From positions 1,673,197 to 1,737,196 of the forward strand of contig OZ287694.1 of NCBI GenBank assembly GCA_965649825.1: 64,000 nt of DNA, in the 5' to 3' direction. Both the position numbers and the translations under genes were made by a program. The DNA comes from Penicillus capitatus. Lineage: Eukaryota > Plantae > Chlorophyta. The notes under the pieces are model-generated. The model was not told the origin of the DNA and did no database searches. It worked only from the letters and a program-made list of their open reading frames with translations. Shown here in pieces: positions 1 to 12,341 of this stretch (the first letter of the stretch is position 1; every line of letters starts with the position of its first letter).

Positions 1-19
1 CTTGCAAGTATTAGGTAAG

Positions 20-830
20 CCACGAACAAACAAACGTCTTTCGTTTGCGCGAGCTCGAGGCCAAATACGCAGCAAGGCTGGCGAGATACGGTCGCCCGCA
101 AGGGATACCTGCTCTCTCATTACGAAGCATCTGTTTTCAGATGCAGTGCACAGGAAAGAAGATAGGAGAGCCTTTCGAACACTACCCTTCGGAAAACCCC
201 AAAGAAGCTATTAACCTTCGAAACCAAAATCCCAGAAGCATCTAACAGAAATGTCATACCAACGACCTTGGCTGTGCTCGCTTATTCTAAGACGATTGTA
301 CTTAGAAAAGATTCTGTTTTGTAGCAACTGAGTATTCTGCTGCCAATCTTTGCTCTCTGTGTTGCACGATGCCGTTCTTCTTTTGTGTCAGACGACAGAA
401 AGAACTCTGCAGAGACTGGCTTGCTCATATGTTTTGTCCGATAACGTGCTTTCTATAACCTTCACTAGAAGAGAAGAGGAGTCTGTCTCAATCGGATTTG
501 GTGGCCATAGTCTGGGAAGCGGTCGATTTCAAACGAGAGATAATGACAACTCAACGAATCTATTCTTGTTGAGGATATCGAATTGTAGCCGCACCCTCAT
601 GACGTCACCATTATCGAAATAAAAACCCAGATTCCAGCTCTAGTTAGCATCAGACACTTTGTCCTATGCTTTCCATACCAAAAGATTGGCGAAGTGCAAG
701 AGAGAAGTCGCAAGCCACTGAGAGAGAATAAAGAAACCCAGTAGCAAACTTTATCTCCTCATCTCCCATTTCTTCAAGGAAAGAGATATGATCAACGTAT
801 GCAGACATTCAATGAGTGCGCGATGGTTGT
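20..830 (-). pseudogene. Decayed paralog of the C-terminal domain of the pseudokinase at 28532-29230
   Basis: Minus-strand pieces appear in the same order as in the intact gene: HRALIECLH (vs RWSLLHCIH), GDVMRVRLQF (vs GESFRVRLQL), *NRPLP..PIETDSSSLLVKV (vs WDRQFPLPIERFASVVVKV), DASGILVSKVNSFFG (vs DPKRILSQRLNSISPAFG). Interrupted by stops and frameshifts. Confidence 0.45.
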
Positions 831-952
831 CGTGACTCAGTCTCCATTTTTCTAAAGACGGCTTGACAAAAATATCTTGTTATTTTATTAGTCTTGTTCT
901 GTGCGATCTTCAACCGTTCCTTCCGCGATGCGATCTACTCTGTTCTGTCTCC

Positions 953-3388
953 TCAGTGCGTTTTTTGTATCTGCTGCAAGTGATCATCGATCCTTGCGAT
1001 CATGTCACGCATCGATTCGAACTGCCGATTGAAATTCTCGGTACACTGTTGCATCTCTCTCTGCATCATTCTCTCAAATACAAGCAGCTTTCTGGTCTTC
1101 CGTTCTGGAACCTGTTCAACTGTCTGGCTTACAGGAACTAAATAGTGAAAGAAATTCTGTCGATTTTGAGCACCCAGATGAAATCGGCCAAAGTAGCTCT
1201 GGCTTGCCTTGAGTGAGTGCCTTGGCCTATTCTCCGTAATTCTGCCATGACAGAGTTTCCTACACAGGATGGTTGGCTAAGACCTCTGGTCGTCAGTTCA
1301 TTTCTGTGATCACTCACCAAATGATGCGCTGTAGAGCAATGGGGATCCTGAGGGTACACAGAGTGGCTCCTCCCATCTTTGCCCGACATTTCATCAGCTC
1401 CTCCCTCTGAGTGAATCGGACGCTGGTGTATGTGTCGCTCAGGATGGCGATCAGCAGGCTGAGCATCACAATCCCGCCAGCGAAGATGAAGCCGTTGAAC
1501 AGGAGTGATCTCCACACGCCAATGAATGTATGCGTTGATCGAAAAGCCTAAATACACACTGTCATGTGAGTCGGAAATTGACTGCCCAAGGGATGGCACC
1601 TTCTCTTCGAAGTTGCCGGCGGCTGCCTGGAAGAGGATCTTCAGGACATGAAAGAATGAGCTGAGGTCTCCATAGTCGTCATCGTCTCCGCGACATCTTG
1701 TCCTAGCATGCCCCGTAAGCATCTCGTCTGGTTCTGGTGCTACGCCATCGCTGTTGGTATCGTCATAGAACTTCACATTGAAGAGGATTCGAAACGAGAA
1801 AGCGAATCCGATGAGGATAGATGCGAGCAGGGCACAGAAAGGGATGATGGCCCTGAACGAGTAGATGACCACCGAGACGAAGTGTCCGATTCTGTCGAAG
1901 GGACGAAGAGCCTCGACGATCTGTACGAACATGCACATACAGAAAGCGGTATCAGTCACGAATGCACGAGGGATGGGAGATGGGTTACCAGGATCCAGCA
2001 GAGAATGCATTCGACTGAGGTCAAGAAGGCAGAATACTGGTTGTGTTCTGAAGAACCGGCGACGTGAATTGCCAGCAACAGAGTGACCACCGCGCTGAGG
2101 AATCTGCATCGCACGTACGTCAGATCCTTGACCGGTGTACTGACGTGTGGCGCACTTGATCTTGGAGAAACGGATGGTCATTGTGATAAGGGATAACAAG
2201 AAAGTTGCGATGATTAGGAATAAGGAGAACCGTTCCTTCCATTCATCATGCTCTGCGTGTCTCAATCCATGGATTCCTGTAAAGAGCGAGAAGAGGACAG
2301 CTGTCGCTATGTCCAGAATCAGGAGGCAAAGGAATCGACTGTAGAGCGAGTAGAAGACCCAGTTGGAGATGGATCGAATGGACTCTGATTTGAAGACACG
2401 TATTGGAAGGTTGGATGACGCCAGCCGTTCCAACAGATGCTTCCGACAACAAGACCATTTCTGCAGCTTTGAAAGAAGACTGCTATTGTTTGCCGAGGAA
2501 CCGGATCGGATGCGGTTCAGATCAATGCAGAAGAACTTTGCGACAGCAACGACCTGGGGTACTGATTTCTTGTCCATCTCTGCAGCATATTGTTCGCTAT
2601 TGTCCATCCAGAAGTCTTTCGTTGCTGCACTGTTCGGCATCGTCCAGTCGTCCAACTCCTCATCCGTTGTCATCGCGATCGGACACCTGCCATTCTTCTC
2701 GAACAGCGAGTATGGGACCATAAATCTCCCATACTCGAATGAGAACTTGTCATTCTCCAGGTAATCTGACATCAATTCTGGGAACTGTTCGATTAGAGGG
2801 AACACGTAGTGCGTCAGGATGGCACGAGATACCTCCACTGACAGAAGTTTCTTCGCCAGGGTGTCCAAGACGAACTTGGCCACGTCAGCAGACCTTGTTT
2901 TTATAGCCCAGTCCAGAGTGGGACATTCCCCTGTGTCCACGTCGACGAAAAGATCGCGCTCACTGGCAGATTCCATGAAGAGCTCCGCGCCGTGCAGCTG
3001 TTGATGGACGATGGCGTCGCACAGCAGAGGGACGCCGTTGCTGTTTTCGGAGCGAATGACTTCGCTGCCGTGTTCATCAATCAACCTGCACGAACGCACG
3101 CTCGGTCCTTCTTCCCGAATGCTCTTGTCTTTCTCTGTCGCTGTCTCTTCGGTCAAGAGTGGAACGTGGATGTCTGCGCTCGTCACGATGGAGATGCCGT
3201 CGGCGTAACCTGAAGGGAAGGCATGAATTGCGTCTCGCGGTCGCGCGGTTGGGGCACCTTGTCTTGAGGCGTCCCTTGTCGTCTCTGCCTCTAGTGTTCG
3301 TTCGTTCGCATTCCGTCTGTTCAAAGACCGCTCGGCAGATTCCATGACTCCTTTCTCGACATCGCCAGGCACGTAACGGCTGGCCATG
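953..3388 (-). CDS. TRP-type cation channel with degenerate ankyrin-like N-terminus (paralog TRP-1, most divergent), spliced
   Basis: Ankyrin-like NGVPLLCDAI/TLDWAI, S4-S5 linker DRIGHFVSV, pore helix and filter FQAAAGNFE, S6 LSLLIAILSDTY, FHYLVP motif plus coiled-coil tail. Introns include 1548-1599. Stop TGA at 953-955. Likely ATG at 3388 (MASRY). Confidence 0.85.
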
Positions 3389-6300
3389 ATCACAAGCACC
3401 GTTTCTTAAACGTGAGGACGATGTTTTATTGCCAAGGTACAGTGACCAGTTCTGAGATGGAGACCGACAGCACGGGCCCGTATAAGTAGTAATGCGACTG
3501 GTGGAAATGTCGTCGACGGCTAAGTAAATGGAAGTGATGCGGAATCGACGGGGTGCTTCCGAAACGCGGCTCACGACTTTTCTTTATTATGCCTTCGCTC
3601 TTCCAGTGATCAGTTTTGCGTAGGTCATCTGCTCTTCCTCGCGCGGAATCTTATGACAGTTGTCCTGAATGAGTAGCCTTTACGCAACTATTGTTTGTGT
3701 GGACCGGAGAGTCAGGTGGGATTCCTTGAATGTCACAGGACTGTTCGAGTGGACGGTCTCTACACCTCGGTATCTGCGCTCGGAGACATGCCCGTCTGGT
3801 GAGCGACAAGACCTGGATGGCAGTGAGTGCTTAATGCTGCCGAGAAGACTCGGTGTTGTCCTGCATGGATCCTGTCGATGTGCATCCAGCAGAAGGCGAC
3901 GCCGTGGGCGACTCAAGCGATAAAAGGGACGTGCAGAGTGGTCACTTTGCGCCGTCCACATCACTCGGAAATCAGCCACAACACAAGACAGTTCCTAGAA
4001 CTCTTGTGCTGCCTCGTCGACTGATGTTGATGGGGCCGTTCGACGACACACCCAACCAATTGATTCACAGTGACAGTATCACTAAAATCAGAAAAAGGAA
4101 GCTAGTAATGGATTCTGAGACATGCTGCCACAGATAAAGAGTCTCGAAGGAACAACGGCCTCAGAGAAACTGATCAACTACATGCTTGCCGGGGTAGATG
4201 CAGCGAGAAAAGACAGCCAACAGTAACAAGTGGATGGTAATGATGAATGTAGACATCGAGAATGTAATGGATGGATGCCTCCTCGATCGCGTCACATCAC
4301 CATCTCTGAGCAGAGCGCGTGGAGGGAGCGAACGCGTCGAGCTTCTGCGGTACATGACCCACCGTATCCTCGATCCTGCCCACGCTCTTCCCTCCTCACC
4401 ATCCGCTCTTGTGGCAGAGACATTCGACGCTCGATGTGCGCCATACAAGGCACCAGGGCTGTCGATCACTTGAGCGACTTGCGACCGCGCTTGCGAATAC
4501 GCCGTCGAAGTCGTTTCGTGCATTTGAGCCGAATTCTCGACACACAACGTGAGAAGAGTCCCGCAGGCGCCTTCAGCCTCCGTACCTGACTTGGATTCCA
4601 TAAGATCCCGCGGAAGCGAATGAAGCGCTGTGTTCAAACGTAAAAGTCGTCAGTTAAAAACACTCGATCGTTCACATGTCGCTCGACAAATGATGGCATC
4701 GGTCGACACAATCAGCTGTGACGTGCGGGACGTCATCTGCGCGACGATACCGTAAATGAATGCCCGGTCATCGACAATGCACACGGCATCGAGACACACA
4801 ACGAGGACGGCACCTTTCCGTCTGTCGAGGCCGTTCTAGATCCGCTATCTCGAATAAATCCAAAAAAGCGGATGGCAGTGCCACCGGTCGTGCAGTGGAA
4901 CGACAGGCGAACGTTGCAGGCAAAGTCTCGCATTCGGCGGCGCCGTCTCACCCTGATTCGGCAGAGACCTCGTATCGACATCCGCAAGATACGCGTCTCC
5001 GGCGGCTTTCTGTCTCGAGCCACTGCACAGCTACGAGTGACCGATCTAGCCTGGGCAGATTCGGCAGTCTTCTTAATGATCTATTTGTTACAGTAGCATA
5101 CAGTGTGCGTACATAGACCAACGACACGATGCAGAATCACTTGGACTTGCCCTTCTTCGGGCTGGCGTCCTGTCACAAGGCAAAGACCCAGTCAGGAGCT
5201 GCCTCTCTTTAGTGGAAACGTGCCTTTCTGTGCCACTCCCAGTGAGGTTCTTTCGTCCCGAAGTCTAACGCCTTCCTCGCTAGCTTGTGTGCCTCGTCTG
5301 CAGAACCGCAGTCAGTGTCTGTCGTCGTTGCACGACACACCGTTTAGTTTCCTGCTTATGTGACAGAATTCAATCTTGGAAAACAGTGCCACCAGACGCT
5401 TTGACTGTTTTTGCACAAGATAGCGACAGATGAGCACCAAGAATCACTGGCTCACTGTGATGTGGTGCTGGACGATGTCTTCGCTGCGGAGTTTGGTCTT
5501 TCTCTGTAACAGAATCATTCACTCGCAATGGCGTCATTCATACGTTTAGATGCCGACGTTTAAGTGCTGAATCACTATCAGCGCGTCGCCCAACACGAGC
5601 AGTTTGTCGACGCCGAAGCAGGATGCCATGAGCAGACCGAGATTCAAGGCGGCGAACTCTGCTCCCAAGGACGACGAGATATCTTTGCCGCTTCCGCTGC
5701 CGCACCTACGACAGAAGGATGTCGTCTAACCGTGCAGCTATCAGAGGTACTAACCCCATCAGACGGCCGTCCGGAGAGTAGAGTACGGCCCCTGCCCCAT
5801 AGTCCTTGCTCTGATGCCTGGTTCCACAGTGAACGCCTTTCGCACACAACGAGAGCACCTGAAGCTTCCGTCGATGTAGAGTCGGCTGTATTTTTTGCTC
5901 CGTCTAAAACGCTGACAGCGTTGGCGGCATATCGCGCGAATGAATGGCTCACGGGACGGCTTGTTGGCGGACGGCCTGCCTTGTGGCTGCGAATATGAAT
6001 GGGAAGATACGACTGGTCATATTGGTCAAACGCTCAAAGAACGCAGAACGTTTCCCGTCATGGCGCAAATGGGCCAGTCGGAGAGGATATTCAGCGGCAT
6101 GACTGGCCACGCAAACAGCGAACGGTTAGCTGGGGCGCTGTAGACTGTCTAGTGGGAGCTCTGTCTTTCGATCCGTCGCCATCACATCAGGCGAAGTGAT
6201 GGATGGAACCTCGGCTGTCTGAACAGATTGCCTCGAAAGATTCGGATTCTCTCTCCGGACGACGGAGAGCGTTCAAGAGCGGTGCAAAGTAATACAGCAT

Positions 6301-8479
6301 GCTGTCCTTTGTTCGGTGGATCTCACTGAAAACGCATCTTGCCTCGACTGTTTCGTCTGCAATCGTGGGATCGGTCTCATGAGTATCCTATCGTTTTTGG
6401 CTTTTACCTTAATCCGATCCCTACGTTTTATGCATCGACAGATGCATCAAGAGAACTATCCAACAGAACTAGCAGATGGTAATTGGATGACGTCTAACGG
6501 TCAATCAACGTCTGGGAGGCTACCTGAGTTTCTTATGAATTATTCGCCCACTCATAAGATTGCAGTATCAACATCATTTGAAGTCTTTCCTTGCAGTCGT
6601 CGAAAAATCCATCTGATTGTCACGCGTCTACGCCCTGTTCTCTCTTTTTCTTAACCTAACGGACCTCAAGGGTTTCTTAAATAGTCCTTCAGTCCTTGTT
6701 CTGTATACGAAACTGTTCGTCAGTGGAATGGATGATAGTCATTTGTTCGACAGATCTTTCTTGCAAACGGTAAGGCTCGTGCTTAAAGTACTTGAATGCA
6801 TTTGATGATCACTTTCTTCGCTTCGTGCATTCCTGCGTTTTATAAAGGACCTTGGATCTACGAATGCAGGCCGCTGGATCTTTGACAGCACTCAATCCAA
6901 GTTGTTTCTCGAACACAAAGGCGTCAGCTCAGTGTCCGTTACACCGTCGTAGAAGATGGCAAACGATCAGGAAAAGGCAAATCGGTGGGTAGTCGGTCCT
7001 CCGTACGCATATACACAATGTAAGCCATATCAGACGTTAGAGAGCTTTGCCAAGTAATACGGCTAGCTGCGCGACATACTGTCGTAAGTTACAGGAAGCA
7101 ATCCCAGTGGCATCTAGCAGTCACATCGAGAAAGGTCGGCCAATGCGTATTCATCACCAAACAGATGGCATCAAACAGTCAAATCACACATCAACAGGTC
7201 CTGTCATATCTGTTCCATCAGGAACGTTTGTCGTGTCCATACACCAGAGATATGATGCCACGTTCAGACACGAGGAACTCGAGGTTCAAGATGGACGAGC
7301 GAAAAAGCATGGAATATGAGATGGATTCCGAAGTCGCTGACCGACGACGAAGTGCTTCACAAGGGCGACAGTCATCGGCATGATGCGGATGATCATTTCG
7401 GACATTCGATTCCAGCTGAGCCGGCAGAACTCCGCGTTCTTTGGACCTGGCATGCATCCTTGCGTTCAAAAGTCAACGCAAAACTGCGTTCAGACATCTC
7501 AAGCTCAATCCTTTCACTGCAGAGGCATTTGTCGGCGATACCGTACGTAGAGACCTTTGAGCGCGAGGATGGATCCAACGCAGCAAACTTTCCTTCCTGC
7601 GTGTTGGTCTCCTTGACAGGTTCATGCAGAACGTCGACCGCGCGGATGCCGTCGAACGCAAGGTGGTTGCATTTTTCTCCAGTACAGTTACAGAGAATCT
7701 CCAGCACAAATCGAATCGGTCTTCAGGACGGCGATTTCGTATAGCTTCTTAACATCCACCTTCGCATGTTTTAGCCAAAACGTTTCTGTTTGCCATTGTC
7801 GATTCGAACACCGACCGAAGTCTTCTCGTCGCTCTAGCCTATCAGCAATTCAGATGCTTGCGAGTTGTCCGCGGGAGCCGTCGACGATCGTGCTGCGCAA
7901 TACGCCATGTACCCCAATGTGCTTGCGAAGGACCCTGGAGCTGGAAAGGCGCTGACATGCGGCTCATAAAAGGGTCGAGTTTTGGTAAGCCCGACCGAAT
8001 CTGCCAACGCGACATACCAGTCGACAGGTCAGATCACAACGTCGAGGCACATTGCTGCTTCTATCTTCTTTCAGACTTCACTTTGCCACGGTTGGGGAAT
8101 CGGCTCATGATATTCAATCATGTCTCTCCCGTAGGCGGCGTTCAAGAAAGCGAGACATACGCCAATATGTCCGCGGGCCGTGACACTGACATGCACATTG
8201 CAAACCGAGAGGCGCGAACAGTCGATCTTTGACAGCGCGAGTCGGATTCGAACGACAACGCGACTGATGCCGGCCGAGCGCGATGCAGCGTTCTCGACAG
8301 CAGCTTCTCTCGAAGAGTTGTCCGATCTGGATTTCTGTCTTGGGAAGATATGATGGAAACAGCACACTAGACGACCACTCAGTGATCACCGTTTTGTTTA
8401 AGACGACGGCGGCCTACCCGGATGTCACCCTGACGGGTTCCGTACTTCTCTTCGCCGTGCTTTCGATGCTCGCGTAGAG

Positions 8480-8860
8480 GAAGGTTGAATATCTCGACAG
8501 CCTTCTGGCCAACGCCGATAACGAGCTGCGTACCGTCTGCTTCACGGGACTCTGCGGACTCGACGAGAGACTGTCGAGTGCGGAATGCGCTTTCTTCGTC
8601 TTGCACTCGGAGCATCGTCACTTGCAGATCCTTGCCTTTGCTCGCGTTTTTGACGGTCTTGCTGCAGAGCGATCTGACAGCCGGCAGCGTTGTCATCATC
8701 CGTCCGCTAGGCACGGACGAAACGGTGACCGCGACGTAGGTCAGACAAGAACTCAGGGAGGTTCAACGACGTCACACATCTCTCTCCAGCACCTCACGCA
8801 CGACGAGTGCCGACCACGCAGAGCGGTTTCAAGACGGGAGTGCGTCTGTTTTTGGCAACC
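8480..8860 (-). pseudogene. Degenerate WD40-like coding remnant
   Basis: Minus-strand LRGRHSSCVRC and ADGTQLVIGVGQKAVEIFNL resemble WD40 GH..V and S.DG..LV.G...V.I.NL motifs. Frames are broken. Confidence 0.25.
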
Positions 8861-9973
8861 GAACAAGTCTCTCCGCCAAATGGCAATGACAAACATGAGC
8901 AGCCTCCGCCGCCACATCCTTCTCTGCCAAATGCCGCGACTCAGTGAATGAATGCCAATGTCTATCTATCTCACTTATAAAAATGTCAGTTGGCTACATC
9001 TCTGACAAGTTGTGCGAATCTTTCTGGCTGTCACGTCAATTCAGTTCAGTCATTGCCATTGAAATTGTTTGATTCGCTGTGTCCCTGTTCATCTGGATCT
9101 CGAACGGTGTGACAGATTTTTTCGTTTCTCTGAACTGAGGATGCAACGATCGCGCTCGACCTCCCGAATAACATTAAGATGCGTCTATGAGTGAATCCTG
9201 TCGCAATCTCGAATGTGCAATTCGACACCTTCTGTCGATGTGCGGCGGACAGGAATAGTCCCTCTTTCAGCAGAAAGCCGTTTGTCGACTGATCTTAGGT
9301 GACAGTCGCCTCCAGCACGCATGTGTATGCAGAAAGTCCGTTGCTGATCAAAGCGGGAAATCTCATCTCAAGTCAGATCGCTTTGCCTGAGTGGATACTC
9401 ATCGAACGATTGAAAATGATTGATGTCGTTAACAGTGATGGGCCATCAGATGTGCACAGCACAATCACTACAAGGTAGCAGGCAACAACTCTGTGTGTCT
9501 TGCTGGACAGAACAGATAACAGGCATGACCGCGATGACGGTCCCTATAGTGTCCTTCAGACGTATCTGTAAGTTGCCTCAGCATCACTGGAAGTGCGGAG
9601 ACGGAATACGCTGATGCTGTCCCAGATTCCTCGAGCACGCAATGGCAAAGATCTGTGATTCATGAAGCCGATCGCTTTTGTTTCCGTTTCTTACAGATCT
9701 GTTTCATTCCGATTGAACACTAACGAATCCTTTAGCATTGGACTGTCCGGCAAGTACCGCCAGCAATCAAAAAACGCATGAACATCAAAGGTCACCATGA
9801 CCATACGCAGGTCTATCTCCGTGTTGAAGATGTGAAGGGTCAACAAGATACGCACATGCACGAAGAGATGCCCGACGCAAGGGTTAACGACCTTTGCTTT
9901 GTTCAGTTAAAGAAAAGAAGATATAAAAGGCTTCATGATCAACAAAGCACATTCGAATGTGCCAGATTGTTGT

Positions 9974-12341
9974 TCAGGCTGAGGATGGGTCCATCCTATC
10001 CAGCTTCTGGAGGATCTGCTCCATAGCTCTCTCCAATCTGTTCATTCTCGCTTTCAGTCCTTTTATCTCGCCTAAGGCTGCAAACTGCTCCTTGAATCCT
10101 TCCGCGTTCTTTCGAGCTTCAGACTGGACGATTCTTTTGATGGCCACCAGTCTTCCCTGCCATTCGTCGACAGTCGGTTCTAATTCGCTGCCATCAACCG
10201 GCACCAGATAATGGAAGTAGAACTGGCGCTGTTTAGGAACGAACTCTGGGACTGGTAATCCTCGAAAGGAGAGGTAACCGCGAATAAAAGCTCTATATCC
10301 TGCGTTCATTTTTTCCCTACGTCACCATCAAACATTGTCACCAAGCTTCTTCGATTAATCACGGATGAGCCTACAGGATATGTGCGATCAAATGAATATT
10401 TGGAGCCTGACACTTGGCGACTATCTTGAGTCGGAGTTTTCTCAGTTCTGCTTTCTCCTTTGCACGGACTCTGTCGTACGTATCCGTCAGGATGGCGACC
10501 AGTAGATTGATCAGCAAAACCGGTGCAATGCAGATGAAAGTAGCAAACAGTAGAGCGGCCCACACTGTAAGAAGATCACTCGAGGATCGAAACATCTGCA
10601 TCAGAACCACAGGCACAGCATTTAGGAGATAGCATGGAGAGTGGACAAGGACTTACGTCCACCTCGAAGTTTCCGATACACGAGTAGAAGAGGGTTTCCA
10701 TTGTACGCGGAAGGGAGCTGAAGTTGCCATCGTCATCTTTGATGGATCCGCTGTTGAGAAGCGCCATCAATGCAACCGAGTAGCCGAAAACCATGACAGC
10801 GACCAGCAGCAGAAGATGCCAAGAGTCTTCGAATGCTGAATGCACCATCGAAATGAACGGCCCCAGTCGCTCAAATACAGTTGACTCACAGGCTAACTGG
10901 AGCACACTTAGGAGGCACTCGGATGCGTGAGTTTGAAAGGTACCGAGGAGTACTGCAGAATGCACGAGGCAGATGTCAGAAAAGCCGTGTAGTTGCAGTA
11001 ATGATCGTCCACACAAGTCAGTATCAGCAGCACAGCCAGCGCAATCTCCATGGACACAATGCAGAACCTGAATCCATCCATCCGAGAGGTTAACAGGCAG
11101 ATCGACGTCATGAGTGGCTTCTTGCCTTGTAAATGTCGGATAGTACAAAGTGCTCAAACCATGCGTCACACATGAAGTGAGCAACAGTCCCATCGATGGC
11201 GGCCAGCGTTCTGCTCCGACCTCGTCTCGACATCGATACAGCTGGGAAAAAATCGTGAAGGCCAGAGTGCCTGCGCCTTCCAGGATGATGACGAAATAGT
11301 AAGTGCGGCGATGATAATGAAACCACCAATCGACCAAGTTCTTCAGCGTCTCAGATTCGAAGACCTCCACTGGGAAGTCCTGTCTGTAGAGGAGTACACA
11401 GAGAGGTTCTTTTCTGCAATTGCCTTTTGTCGAAGCCGTCGGGTCTTCGACGCAAAGGAACTTGGCGGACATCTCGATCTGAAAATCGATTGACTCCTTC
11501 AAGTCTTCGGAGTGCTCTTTGCAGTGTTCTACCCAGAACGCCCTCGCCGTTTCTGCGGTAAGTCCTCTAAATCTCTCCGGCGGCTCATCTGATGTCATGG
11601 CGATCGCTCGCTTGCCATTCGTGTCAATCAGCGAACGCGGCACCGAAAATCTGGCGTATTCGAATGCGAAGCTGTCGTTCCTGATGTAGTTCTTCATTAG
11701 ACGGGGAAACTCTCTGCTGAGAGGGAAGAGGTAGTTGGTCAGAATGCAGCAGGACTCCTCCATCGGCAACTTCTGCTTTGCCACGCAGTCGAGGACGTAT
11801 TTCGCGACCACCTCTGCTCGGCTGCTCATCGCCCAGTCCAGCGTTCGGCAACAACCGGTTTCAAGGATGACAAATCTGTCATGTCGCCGGGCAAGCTCAA
11901 GCAACAGCCACGCACTCTCAGGCTGTCTCTGGACAATGGCGTCGCAGAGGAGTGGATTGCCATTCGCACTATTCGCCATGTCGATAAGCTTCTCTTCATG
12001 ATCGATGATCAAACTGCCGCGAACACGATCCGTCGTTGGTTGAAACGTTCGTGCGTTTGGGTTTACCGTCGCGTTTCTTCTTCGGTCCAGTAGAGAACCT
12101 CGATGTGAGGCTGATGCGCCTCGTTACGTGGGACATCATTGTCGCGTGCAGGAACAAAGAAAATCGAAACGCCACGTCGAAAAAACGCGTCCAGCCAACG
12201 CATCCGTGCGACGCATCCGGGCAGCGCGTCCTTTCGGTAAACTGTTTGTGCACAACCTTTACGTCCGTTTGGATACGCCGAACGCGCCTTCGACGGAAGC
12301 GCTGGCGTTATGCTGATGGTGTTTCCGACGTCACGAGTCAT
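9974..12341 (-). CDS. TRP-type cation channel paralog TRP-2, spliced
   Basis: MTRDVG start, WTEEETRR then intron 12014-12066, ankyrin-like NGNPLLCDAI, GC-AG intron 11068-11125, ERLGPFISMV, FSSLPRTMETLFYSCIGNFE, INLLVAILTDTYDRV, FHYLVP..EWQGRL, coiled coil, stop at 9974. Confidence 0.88.

Noticed and set aside
7000-7860. Possible additional TRP relic on the minus strand (FWLKH.., SDE)
   Set aside because: Only 3-4 residue matches, with no collinear pore or S6 motifs.
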